Positions 39,450 through 51,906 of a DNA stretch of 64,000 bases are shown here, piece by piece (the stretch's first letter is position 1; each line of letters starts with the position of its first letter). Source of the DNA: Eledone cirrhosa (Eukaryota); contig OZ024740.1 in the NCBI GenBank assembly GCA_964016885.1, positions 323,764,001 through 323,828,000 on the forward strand, given 5' to 3'. The notes beneath the pieces are model-generated. The model saw only the letters and a list, made by a program, of their open reading frames with translations. It was not told the DNA's origin and did not search any database. The position numbers and the translations under genes are program-made.

Positions 39450-42077
39450 TTAAACCAGCCATTTCATTTCGCTTCTCTCTAATCGGTTGTTTATTTGCGG
39501 TTGCAGGCGTTTGATAAAAAGTGCTTCCTTGATACGTAACGTGCCGACGTTTCTTTCAGTCGCTAGAATTGTGACAATGGGCCTTCCGTCTTTGTTTCCG
39601 CATTTGTCTATGTGTTTCCGGAAAGACGAGGCCCTGGTTTTAGTGTGTTCCTTGATCCGGATGTGCAAAGGTCGAATTGTGCTACCTATGTAGTATTGGT
39701 TGCACCTGTCACATTCTATCTTATACACGACGTATGTGCGTAGGCAACAGTTAGCATGGCGTATCGGGCAGTCTCTGAGGGAGCATGCGTCAATAGATTT
39801 TTCGGGTTTCCTGGAGAGGCATCTTCGCAGGGAGGGGCCCGAGTGGGCCAGGTGGATGTCGAGGCCCTCCCTCCGTATAGCCTTGCGGATAGCGTTGGTG
39901 GTTTTCTCGCCCAGGTGTGGCATTTTAAGGAAGCACTTGCCTTGGGTGTTTCTCTGTCTCTTGCGTCTGGTGTCTCCTATTCTGTCTGTGATCGAGGTAG
40001 GGTACCCGTTCGTCTCCAGCACCTCGAGGAATCGCTTGGTATGAGTGACACCACTCGCGGGATCGCTGCATCTGTTTTTGATTCGCGCGATCTCGTTCGT
40101 GATGTATCCTCTTTTGGCACTGTTAGGGAGGGCGGACTTGTAGTGAACGAATAGGTCCCTGCAGGCTGCCTTTCTGTAGAAGTTGCAGTGGATCCCTCCT
40201 TGTTCCGTGATGTTGATTCGGAAGTCGAGGAGGGCAAGTGACCCGTCTTCGTTGGGGTATTCAACATTGAAGTCAATGTTCTCGTCCGTGTTGTTGAACG
40301 TCTCATAGATTCTGTTCGCCGTGTCTTGGGAAGATGTGAGGATGAGGATATCGTCCACGTATCTTGAGAAAAAGGCTACGGCGTTGGGGTGGCAGGCGTT
40401 GAGTGCCTTGCGTTCGAGGTTGTCCATGTAGGAGATCGCTAGCACACCTGATAGGCTTGATCCCATGGGCAATCCCGAGGTTTGTTGGTATATTTGGTCA
40501 AGGAAACCGAAGTAGGTGTTGTCGACGACGATGGATAGGAGTTGGTGGATGTCAGTGGTGGTGAGCCCGAAGCAGTGTAGGTCGGTGGATTGGACGCGTT
40601 CCATTAGTATATTGACGGCCGGGAGTGCCGGGACCGAGGTGTAGAGAGCGACTACATCAAGGCTGAAGGCATATCTGTTATTCCTTCTGGTGTCGGGATC
40701 CATTTGATGCAGGCGCTTCAACACCACCTCGGAGCTGTTAACGTGTCCCGGCAAGGTGTCTAAGATGGGTTTGAGTATTCTGGCTAGGAGCCATGAAATT
40801 TTGTAGAGTGGTCCCTCCACGCTCGATACGATGGGCCTGATTTTCAGGTTGGGTCCCTGTTTGTGTGTTTTCACGAGGTGGTAGAAGGCGGGTAGTCTGC
40901 TGTTCCTCGTGAGGAGGTTGTATCTCAGCTTCTTCGGGAGCTTCCGCCGGTCGCAGATGTTGGTCCAGGCGGAGTTGATGTGTTCTTCTATCTGCGCGGG
41001 AGTAATTCCCGTGACCTTGGAGTAGAGGTTGTCATCGTCAAGGTGTTGGAGGGCCAGGGTGTTGTAGGCCTCTCTGCTGATGACGCAGAATTCTTTTCCC
41101 TTGTCGGAGGGGAGATAGATGAGGTTCTTCGATTTTAGGTTGGAGAGAGTGGTGAGTTGAGATTTGGTGAGGTTACGTGTTGCGCATGTGTGTGTGTGTT
41201 TGTGAAGTATATCCGAGATGGAGTGTTTTAGCCTGATGAGTTTGGTGTCGAGTTCGTGGTTGGTGGGGGGGGGGGTTGTCGGGGTGGTAAGTGGGGAACT
41301 TGGGGGGGGGGGGGGTTGTGTTGTGTCGGCGCTGTTATTATCTGTGGCGCTGTTGATAGCGGTCACCCATTTAAGTTGGTAAGCGGCTCGACAAAAGTTG
41401 GCCTCGATGTTGAGTTTGAGTCTGTCGTCGAGACGTTGTGTGACGATGAACTTAGGTCCGAGGTGTAGGAGTTTCAGCTCGTCGCTCGTGAGAGTGCCGG
41501 TTAGGTCGGTGACCAGGTGCGTCGCATCGTTGAGGTATGGCTCGGTGTTGGTGGTTGCGGCGATGGCGGTTGTTAAGTTGTTGTTTTCCACGTGATTCTG
41601 GTCCGTCTGTTCGTTAGTGTCGATGTTCTCGTTGTGGCGTTTCGACAAGATCCACTCATATTTTCGCTTGAGCCGTTTTTTCTCGTATTGGACTCTGGAG
41701 TGATAGCACTGGTCGATTGCTTTAGTGATTTTTAGGAGCAAGTCTCCGGGTACTATTGGCAGTCGATGTGTCCGCTCTGAGAGTGTCCGCTTATGGAAGT
41801 GTAATTGGCGATTGAGATGTCTCAGGATCTGTTTAATACACGTGTGATGTATGCGGTTAGTGGTGTTTTGGAAGGCTGGTGTACGTAGGCTTACTGGTAA
41901 GCGGATGTTCTTGATGGTGTTGGGGATGACATCGGTTTTTAGGCAGCGTTTCAGGAAAATAATTTGGCAGCCAGCGTTGGCCCATTTCTCCGACAGTCTA
42001 AACAGTTCCCTTACGGATGCAAACAATTCCTGGCTCAGGTGTAAGGATAAGAGAGTATTGAAGTTTGCTTGAAGCAT
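39450..42077 (-). CDS. PLE polyprotein: reverse transcriptase plus C-terminal GIY-YIG endonuclease (875 aa from MLQANF)
   Basis: FLKRC..IP, SDKG, KTHK..IRPIVS, SLDVVALYTSVP, GLPMGS, RYVDD, then VVYKIEC..YYIGST..RIKEH..KEALFI..PQIN. Uninterrupted frame. Confidence 0.93.
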   Translation of the reverse strand: MLQANFNTLLSLHLSQELFASVRELFRLSEKWANAGCQIIFLKRCLKTDVIPNTIKNIRLPVSLRTPAFQNTTNRIHHTCIKQILRHLNRQLHFHKRTLSERTHRLPIVPGDLLLKITKAIDQCYHSRVQYEKKRLKRKYEWILSKRHNENIDTNEQTDQNHVENNNLTTAIAATTNTEPYLNDATHLVTDLTGTLTSDELKLLHLGPKFIVTQRLDDRLKLNIEANFCRAAYQLKWVTAINSATDNNSADTTQPPPPPSSPLTTPTTPPPTNHELDTKLIRLKHSISDILHKHTHTCATRNLTKSQLTTLSNLKSKNLIYLPSDKGKEFCVISREAYNTLALQHLDDDNLYSKVTGITPAQIEEHINSAWTNICDRRKLPKKLRYNLLTRNSRLPAFYHLVKTHKQGPNLKIRPIVSSVEGPLYKISWLLARILKPILDTLPGHVNSSEVVLKRLHQMDPDTRRNNRYAFSLDVVALYTSVPALPAVNILMERVQSTDLHCFGLTTTDIHQLLSIVVDNTYFGFLDQIYQQTSGLPMGSSLSGVLAISYMDNLERKALNACHPNAVAFFSRYVDDILILTSSQDTANRIYETFNNTDENIDFNVEYPNEDGSLALLDFRINITEQGGIHCNFYRKAACRDLFVHYKSALPNSAKRGYITNEIARIKNRCSDPASGVTHTKRFLEVLETNGYPTSITDRIGDTRRKRQRNTQGKCFLKMPHLGEKTTNAIRKAIRREGLDIHLAHSGPSLRRCLSRKPEKSIDACSLRDCPIRHANCCLRTYVVYKIECDRCNQYYIGSTIRPLHIRIKEHTKTRASSFRKHIDKCGNKDGRPIVTILATERNVGTLRIKEALFIKRLQPQINNRLERSEMKWLV

Positions 42078-42107
42078 TGTGGAACAATAAGTAAATAAAA
42101 AAAAAAA

Positions 42108-42143
42108 CCCCAGTTGATGGATGTGAATCCGAAATATATAGGG
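42108..42143 (+). ncRNA. HHR-like pLTR motif with variant core CAGTTGA (mirror copy 38993-39028 on minus strand)
   Basis: CCC-CAGTTGA-T-GGAT(GTGA)ATCC-GAAA-TATA-TA-GGG at the 5' edge of both pLTRs. Confidence 0.55.
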
Positions 42144-42401
42144 ACTATTAAATCTCTCCCATGGTAACACTCTCTCTTGTGTTGTTATTTTTATTTTTAT
42201 CCTTTTACTCTTCCCTCCATTCTACACATCTCACACATCTTATACACACCACGCATCTCAACGTACACCCACTTACATCTCTCTCTCCACCACCGGACCT
42301 TGTTACCCGGAGATTTACCCATTTGCATTGTCGAGGCTTCCAAACGACTTATAGATATTTACTTATTGTTCCACAATGCTTCAAGCAAACTTCAATACTC
42401 T

Positions 42402-42473
<72 letters not shown>

Positions 42474-42705
42474 AGTATATGCTGGTTGTATACCGAGACA
42501 CCTCAATATGCAGATTGGAGCTCTCGACGAAGTACGCAGGTTGGTTTGTTTACTCCGGAGTAATGTAAAATAAAATAAGTAAGTCAATATGATTCCAGTT
42601 CCTCGGAGGACTAACAACACACCCAGGAGCTGGACATATCGATATATTGACAGAGTAAAACACACTTCAACAACATGTGTACCTGTCTTTTCCACACCAA
42701 TTCGG

Positions 42706-42760
42706 ACTGCCCGAAGAGGTCATAGCCAATGATGGCTGTCACTGAAATATATATAGCAGT
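42706..42760 (+). ncRNA. Paralogous minimal hammerhead (core mutated to CCGAAGA)
   Basis: Same fold as 60304-60358, within a homologous element at 42470-42815. Confidence 0.6.
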
Positions 42761-42914
42761 ATATATATAATTTATAATAAACGAAGCCAAATTTTACATA
42801 TTTGACTTAATTATTTTATATATATATATACAAATATGAGTTAATAACTCATATTTCAACCCTCGTAATTTTAGACACACGATTTACTGTTTATTACTAC
42901 ATATATTATCTCTC

Positions 42915-43024
<110 letters not shown>

Positions 43025-43587
43025 GAGAGAAAGAGAGAGAGAGACATCTTTCAAAGAGATAGATAGAAAAATAGATCGATATAAAATATATATATAGAGA
43101 GAGAGAGAGAGAGGGGGGAGAGAGAGAGAGATTATATATATATATATGGGCGTATGTATATGCATGCATATATATTTTATTTCACGTTCCTCCAGTCCCC
43201 TCAGCTGGCAAAAAGCAGTTGTACCTGTAATTTGAAGAGATAGTCTTATCACATTCTGCGTCACGCTGGATCTCCCTGGGAACTACGTTAAGGGTATGCA
43301 TATCTGCGGAATGCTCAGCCACTTGCACGTTAATTTCACGAACAGGCTGTTCCGTTGATTACGTCGCCCAGCTGGAACACTGGTCGTGGTAACCGACGGA
43401 GTACCAGTGAGTCATATATGTATGTACGTACGACTGTATTTGAAGCATCTGGGAACTATAGTCAACAATTGTAAAGAGGCCGGCAAGTCTCTATTTCAGT
43501 CACGATCAAACCATGTGTTGACGTGTAATCATATCAACACCAACACCGCCACAAACAGTAGAAAAGGATACTATACACTTACAAACG

Positions 43588-43693
<106 letters not shown>

Positions 43694-44057
43694 TTGCATA
43701 TATATATATATACATACATACATATACGTGTTTTGTAACGGGTCACTTTGTGGCTCAATGAAAGGTTAATAAATTAAATAATCAGAGCTATATATATATG
43801 TAGAAAGAGAGAGAGATGGATAGTTAGAGAGAGAGATAGAGAGAGAGGGAGAGAGGGAGAGTTTGAGACGTATATACACATGTATATATACACATACAAA
43901 CGTGTATATAGTCATTAACTCACACACACATGTATATAAAGGATGCGTATACGCATATACGTATGTATGTATATAAAGGATTCGTATACACATTTATATA
44001 TACATATACATATGTAATATATCATAAATCATATATATATACAAATGTACACACGTA

Positions 44058-44665
<608 letters not shown>

Positions 44666-44849
44666 TGTATACATAATTATATGTCTCATTAAGTGGTTTG
44701 CTAGAAACGTCTGTTTATATTATATTATGGAAATATAACAGATCGTTGTCCACGTTAAATTAGCGACAACAGATCCATGATTTATGGAAGCGGCCCAGAG
44801 AAGGCATACTACATATTAAGGAAGAGAGAGATTGGAGGAGACATGTAGG

Positions 44850-45790
44850 AGATGGTGGTGGTGGTGGTGGTGGTGGTGGTGGTGGTGGTGCCGGTGCCGG
44901 TGGTAAAGGTGGTGGTGGTGGTGGTGGTGGTGGTGGTGATCGGTGGTGGTGGTGGTGGTGATCGGTGGTGGTGGTGGTGGTGGTGGTGGTGGTGGTGGTG
45001 GTGGTGGTGGTGGTGGTGGTGGTGGTGGTGGTGGTGGTGGTGGTGATGGTGGTGGTGGTGGTGGTGGCGATCGGTGGTGATGGTGGTGGTGGTGGTGGTG
45101 ATGGTGGTGGTGGTGGTGGTGGTGTGATCGGTGGTGGTGGTGGCGATCGGTGGTGATGGTGGTGGTGGTGGTGGTGGTGGTGGTGGTGGTGGTGGTGGTG
45201 GTGGTGGTGGTGGTGGTGGTGGCGTGATCGGTGGTGGTGGTGGCGATCGGTGGTGATGGTGGTGGTGGTGGTGTGATCGGTGGTGGTGGTGGCGATCGGT
45301 GGTGATGGTGGTGGTGGTGGTGGTGGTGGTGGTGGTGGTGGTGGTGGTGGTGGTGGTGGTGGTGGTGATGGTGGTGGTGGTGGTGATGGTGGTAGTGGTG
45401 GTGGTGATGGTGGTGGTGGTGGTGGTGGTGTGATCGGTGGTGGTGGTGGTGGTGGTGGTGGTGATCGGTGGTGATGACAATGATGGGTACTATAGTCATG
45501 GTGGTGGTGGGGATGATAGTGGGGATGGTGATGATGATGGTGGTGGTGGTGGTGGTGGTGATCATGGTTGGGATGGTCATGGTGGTAGTCATGATGGTGG
45601 GGATGGTGATGATGATGGTGGTGGTGGTGATTATGGTGAGTAATGGTTATGGTGGTGGTGGTGCGGATGATAGTGATGGTGATGGTGCTGAGGATGATGT
45701 TGATGATGATAGTGTTATTGATCATAATGATGATGATGATGATGATGATGATGTGAATAGTGATGTTGTTGATGATAATGATGATGGTCA
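44850..45790. repeat. Compound (GGT)n to (GAT)n trinucleotide tract
   Basis: About 940 bp with recurrent GATCGGT interruptions, grading into (GAT)n next to the RTE fragment. Confidence 0.9.
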
Positions 45791-46165
45791 TGTCTCTTTC
45801 GGATCCTTCTAGGGCGGGTAAAATACCTGAGATCCATGGACGAGTTCTCTCCAGCGGTCTCTGGCTCTCATTATCGCTGCCATGTCCTGCGTCTCCAACA
45901 GACCACTGTCTGTCCTTAGGGCATCAACATACGTTAACCTTGCTCTTCCCTGTTCCAGTGTGTCCATGTAGGGGCTCCCACAGGAGCACTGAGTGCAGTG
46001 TCAACTCTGGATGTCGGTGAGCATGTCCAGCTAACCTGATGGGACGACAGAGTTCTTTGCGATGTTGGCTGGAGTGCTCCAGGGAGATACATTGGCTCCC
46101 TACCTTTTTATCATCGTAGTGGACTATTGTATGCGCATTGGACTGGAGAAACACCAGGACTCGGA
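45790..46165 (-). mobile_element. RTE-like LINE fragment with 5' inversion
   Basis: Minus-strand C-terminus RLAGHAHRHPE..VLLWEP (about 46050-45790) abuts a plus-strand RT motif GVLQGDTLAPYLFIIVVD. Confidence 0.65.
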
Positions 46166-46719
46166 TCCTTATCAGTTCACAATCTCATCGAAATCAAAGA
46201 TTTGTTTTAAATATGTTCTTGCCATGAGGGCGGTTTATTGGCAAAATCGGTAGATCATCAAACAAAATGCTTTGAAGCAATTAGTTACGTTTCTTTGCAC
46301 CCTGAGTTTAAAATCCCATCGAGGTGAACTTTGCCTTTCGTTTATCTTGGATCGATAAAATAAAGTAGCAATCAGATACTGGGACCCAATGCCTATAAAT
46401 TATAGGACTGGTGCTTAGAATAGAAATCAATATTTGATAATCTATATTTCAATCACACTATAAACTGCAACAGAATCAGTAGAACATCGACCATATTTCC
46501 TGCTGTTTTGTTATATGATTGTGTTGTGAGTTCAATTCCAACATGGAGAATTTAAGGACTGGAGTTCATTATATTCACTAACTTTTAGCTCATCTTTCAG
46601 TATGACTTAGTGATAGCGAGGAGGAGACTGATAAAATACACTTGCGCCAGATACCTGGAACTTTGTTTGCAAAGCAATTATTATCGAGTAAGTTCATAAG
46701 TTGTATGTGTTCAATTATT

Positions 46720-47125
46720 ATGTCAGAGGTTTATGTGCTACTCCTGCTTCACGGAATAGAGTTACGGCCCTTTACATTCTAAATTCAAATTCCACTGAGG
46801 TTAGCTTTGTCTTTCATCCTTTCGGGGTCGATAAAATAAAGTACCAGTCACGCACTGGGGTCGATTTAATCTACTTTCCCCTCCCCAAAATTACTGGCCT
46901 TATGCTTAAATCAGAAATCATTATGTCAGAGGTTATGTGCTACACCTGCTTCGTGGCATAGAGTTAGGCCCTTTACGTTCTGAATTAAAACCCCACCGAG
47001 GTTAGCTTTCCCTTTCATCCGTACGGGGTCGATAAAATAAAGTACCAGTAATGCACTGGGGTCGATTTAATCAACTCTCCCATCCCAAAAACATTGTTGG
47101 CCTTGTACATATATTAGAGACCAAT
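46720..47125 (+). mobile_element. Tandem duplication of a 5'-truncated SINE family 1 copy (long form) plus flank
   Basis: atgtcagaggtt(t)atgtgctac precedes both ~200-bp units. Confidence 0.75.
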
Positions 47126-48642
47126 ATTCTATACGTTGTTCGCCTTCGCTGACATCACAACAGTTATAGTGTTAATACTAGAAATTGAATCCCCTCAAAC
47201 CTAACGTCCCCCACCCCATTTTAAACCTTTCGCTTTCCTTCACATATTTCTAATGTAATACACCGTCTATAATTTTCAAATCATTTTGAAAATAATAAAC
47301 AATTTGGAGGAACTTTTAAGATAAGATAACTATCTTTTTCATATTTAAGCTGATGTTTGGCTCATAACAAAAGTTATTATATAAACGTGTGATAGGTTTC
47401 TAGATAAGTATAAATATTTAAACCCTTTTGTTGAAATATTTCAAATCTAAGTCAATGTCTGGGGTTTTCAATTTATTCTGTAAATAATCAAGAAGGACTT
47501 AGTAATACTGCTATCGTTTACATTATTAAACTGATGTTTGGAACATCATTTAAATGTTCTTAAATAAAATTATCATGGAAGGTTTTTAGATTATTATAAT
47601 CACTTTAAAGTACAGTTTTTTTGATTTTGTGAACTCTATTAGTGGTGTTTTAAGGATGCTATAATTTCATCTCGAAATATGGTAAGCTTTTTGTGTACAG
47701 GACAATAGGGAGTGGATACTCGCATAAACAACCCATAGTAAAGTAGGCAGTAAACGTCTTACTTGTACGTATCATGTAATTCTCTGGTAGAACCGGGATA
47801 ATACAATATGACAAGTCAAGACCTATGAATTCAAAGTAAAATAAACCTGACGAGCATCTACCTATTTTCTGTCTATCCAATTTCACTTACAGATTTGTGT
47901 CCACTTGAAGCTGTTTTAAAACTCCAAGATATAACGTTGTGTGAGAGCCCACACGAGCCACGATTACATAGTGAGCTTTTAAACCATACTACCGAGCCAG
48001 GGTCGCTACAGCAATGCGATATATCCTTAGAGTTGCAATGCAGTACATACTAAATGCTAGGTGGGCTTAGCCATTAAGATTTGTCTTTTGGTCTGAGATA
48101 ATCAAGAGAGAGCATGTGAAATCCTTCAACATGCTAGAAATAGCGACAAAATCATCATAAAGCTACGCACAGCCGTCCTAAAATATAAGGACACATTAGA
48201 TAATGTAGTTCTACATAAACAGTAGCCTATAAGAGAACGAGATGGTCATAGCTGGAACATCTTTAACCATAAATATATTCAATCAGGACAGATCTGTGTT
48301 ATATAACTATACAATAACTACATTGGAATTCGAACTACACATCCCTCAGTTAACAATCCATTTTTCGACCTATTCCAAGTTTTAACAGGTTATACGATTG
48401 TTGTAGTTACATGTGTGCGTGTTTGTATTTGAAATAGCAAGTAATAAAGCACATACGTTCGAGTGTGTTGAATGAAGACATGTATATATTTATATGTGTA
48501 TATATATGTCGATATATATATATATATATTTTAAAAAATCTTAAGAAATATAATCCATCAAATAAGAACTAAAACAGAATTATTGCAATGGTTAAATACT
48601 TCCTCTGAGCACTCTTCTTTGCTTTACCTTTTCTTCGGAAAT

Positions 48643-48673
<31 letters not shown>

Positions 48674-49047
48674 CGACTTTCTTCAAATCGGACCGGGGAA
48701 ACAATGTTTCCATTGGTCTTTCCAATTGCTAATACTATCTATCGGTAGCAAATCTAGGTAAAAAGAGCAAAGTGTCTTGCTCAAGAACATAACGCATCGC
48801 CCGTGAATCGAACTCACAACCTCACAATTGCGAATCCAATTCTCTAACCACTCAGCCACACGCCTATATATATAGTACAGATTAAAGTCTAACCAAACAT
48901 TTCTGCTTTCATCCTATTATGGGATGTTCTGAAACTCTATACTAATAATACATATTTGCTCTACGGGTTTATACATACTTTGTTATGATATATATAAAAT
49001 CCTTATCGAACCCTCTTCGGATTTTGGTCTTCGTAATTATCATTACT

Positions 49048-49135
<88 letters not shown>

Positions 49136-49213
49136 ATATATATATATATATATATCGTGAAACTAATAAACCTTTGTTCGTACTGCCTCTCTGTTTTGTT
49201 CCCGTTCAATTTT

Positions 49214-49258
<45 letters not shown>

Positions 49259-49746
49259 ATGTATGTATGTATATAACCATCATTGTTGATTACCATAGCA
49301 TAAACGGAAACGACTAAAAACTAACGCTATCCTTGAGCTCCAGAAAATATTAGCCTTATATGTAAACTGAAGCTGATCTACCAGATACCACACTAGATAT
49401 AAAATACAGGTAATCAAACCCTTTAGAAATATACTCAAAACGCTTCATATGAACAACCATAATAATTATACTAATTACTGGTACGATGGGGATGGGGGGG
49501 GGGGGCAGTATGACCAAACAGCAATGGTCTAAAACCTGCTAAATACCGGAGGTATTGAGGATCATGTAAGTGAATAAATGATAATATAAAATAATTGTTT
49601 CTTCTTTTGGCACAAGGCCAACAATTATCCAGTGTATTACTGGTACTATTTTATCGACCCCATAAGGATGAAAGGCAAAGTTAACCTCGGCGGGTTTTGA
49701 ACTCTGGATGATAACATAAAATAATGTTTACTTCACGGAACAATAT

Positions 49747-49940
49747 CTGACCTGCCAACCTGTAAACACCCAACGGGGAGCCCCATGAAAAAAAGTGCCC
49801 CAAAACAGGTAGAAATGAGGCAAAATGGGGAGATCTTTCTTAATGAAAGCTATACCAATTTTCACAAGAGAAGACATCTCTCACCCACACCAAAGTGGGT
49901 GGGAGACCTCCCCGTCGGGTGGGGAGAGTTGACAGGTCTG
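49747..49940. mobile_element. Putative hAT-type MITE remnant
   Basis: Termini c.gacctgccaac and gttgacaggtctg, with internal palindrome cccac..gtggg. No clear TSD. Confidence 0.4.
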
Positions 49941-50361
49941 TAATATTTACCTGCAGTTTCATCTTTCCAAACTCGTAAATAAGATCGAATTAAATTATTT
50001 CATTCAATAATCAAGTTTTTTTTTATCATTTAATTTCTTACATTGGGCTGGCGTGTTTCGGAAGACCTCCCGGATGAGTGTCAGGCTGTAGCGGGGGGGG
50101 GGGGGGGGGGGGGAAGTTGGGCCGAAAAATGACACGTCGGAAGTTGATCTGAAAACGAGTCCGCTGAGCCTGCTGTGGAAACTCGCCAGCTGCCCGACTG
50201 TGTTATAGCGAATTGAATCGAAAGCATATTGTTATTGAGTTAAAAGTGAGTTGAGAAATATTCATAGGAGGGAATATTGCGAGAGTGCTATGAGATCGTA
50301 GTGTGAGATAAGAGGGAGTAGAAGAATAAGATAGTGCAAGGCGAGAGAGAGAGTGTGTGTA

Positions 50362-50399
<38 letters not shown>

Positions 50400-50473
50400 T
50401 GTGTGTGTGTGTATGTGTGTGTGAGAGTGTGTGTGTGTGTGTATGTGTGTGTGAGAGTGTGTGTGTGTGTGTA

Positions 50474-50513
<40 letters not shown>

Positions 50514-50752
50514 GGAGTTCGAGATTTAAATGGTTAAATTATATAGAAAATGAACTGATGAGATAACACCTTCGAAATAATAGAATAGAAGAATGGATTA
50601 ACCCGTTGAAGAACAGAGTATGGGGGTCAGTTGAAAGCAAATACGGTTTAGGTCGAAGTAATAGCATCTATTTATCAAAACCTCGAACACTCCAGGTAGA
50701 TAGATAGAAAGATATACAGATGCATACGCAAACACACACGTGCGCGCATACA

Positions 50753-50832
<80 letters not shown>

Positions 50833-50834
50833 CT

Positions 50835-51215
50835 ATATGGATAAGGAACAAGGATTCAGTGTTGCATCATAACATATTTAATAACATATTTCATATGTTT
50901 CACTATCGATCAGCTCGAGGCAAGACCTATTATAGATCGAACCTGACTCTGTAATCGAAAGATTGTCAGATATGCTTAGTATATGAATTATTTGTCTCCG
51001 ATTATATATATATATATATATATATTATACAGGAATTGTAACATGCAGTTATTGTGGGTTCACCAGAGTAGCACACGATGTGTAGTTTCCAGTAAGTATA
51101 GAGGTGTAGAGCAAAGCAGAGTGTAATAATAATAAAAGGGACGATATATTATGTCTGAATGACGTTTATTGAGTAGTGACGTGCGTTTCACTATTGATCA
51201 GCTCAAGGTCCGAAT
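50835..51215 (-). mobile_element. Two adjacent PLE-type solo pLTR remnants separated by (TA)n
   Basis: Shared gagctgatc.atagtGAAAC. The first folds as an HHR with a long stem II (50885-50974). Confidence 0.5.
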
Positions 51216-51293
51216 ATATATATATATATATAAAATGTACGAAGGTTCGGTTTTTTGAAGTGCTAAAGCACAGAAATGTTATATACATAGCAT

Positions 51294-51476
51294 ATAAAAT
51301 AGGGTGAACCCCCTTAAACTACGGAAAAAAAGTTGCCATCAGCCACTATGAGGAATTGAGCTCCATATCTTCCAATACCGGCTACAATCTGGACGATATG
51401 ATATAGGGGTTCAATTCCTTTTAACGCCCGATGGCAACTTTTTTTGTTTTTTAAGGGGGTTCACTCCATTTTATAA
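51294..51476. repeat. Decayed inverted repeat (MITE-like)
   Basis: tataaaat..gtgaacccccttaaa..aaaaaagttgccatc pairs with gatggcaactttttt..tttaagggggttcac..attttata. Confidence 0.6.
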
Positions 51477-51572
51477 TCTAACTTTATATCATTTCTGGGC
51501 TTGAACACTTTTTTTATTCAAATATATTTCTATATTTGTATATGTATATATGTATATATACGTGTATATACA

Positions 51573-51737
<165 letters not shown>

Positions 51738-51771
51738 ACATACATATATATATACATACATATATATATAA

Positions 51772-51868
<97 letters not shown>

Positions 51869-51906
51869 TATAGATATTTATAGATATATATAGATATATA
51901 TATATA

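Larger units (their letters stand above)
38771..42405 (-). mobile_element. Intact Penelope-like element with inverted pLTRs, inserted in (TA)n
   Basis: pLTR 38771-39034 is the reverse complement of about 42102-42365. The right copy carries a ~40-nt tail repeating the ORF start. (TA)n on both sides. Confidence 0.92.

Noticed and set aside
39450-42077. Naiad-type selenoprotein PLE or SECIS element
   Set aside because: The endonuclease is C-terminal and there is no in-frame TGA. The TGA..GAAA motif fits HHR topology better.
42078-42170. First 31 codons of the 906-aa ORF
   Set aside because: They read mostly through the antisense of the inverted pLTR. The likely start is the ATG of MLQANF at 42077.
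44760-45812. Poly-Pro, poly-His and poly-Thr ORFs
   Set aside because: Translations of (GGT)n/(GAT)n, open in all frames because the repeat lacks stops.
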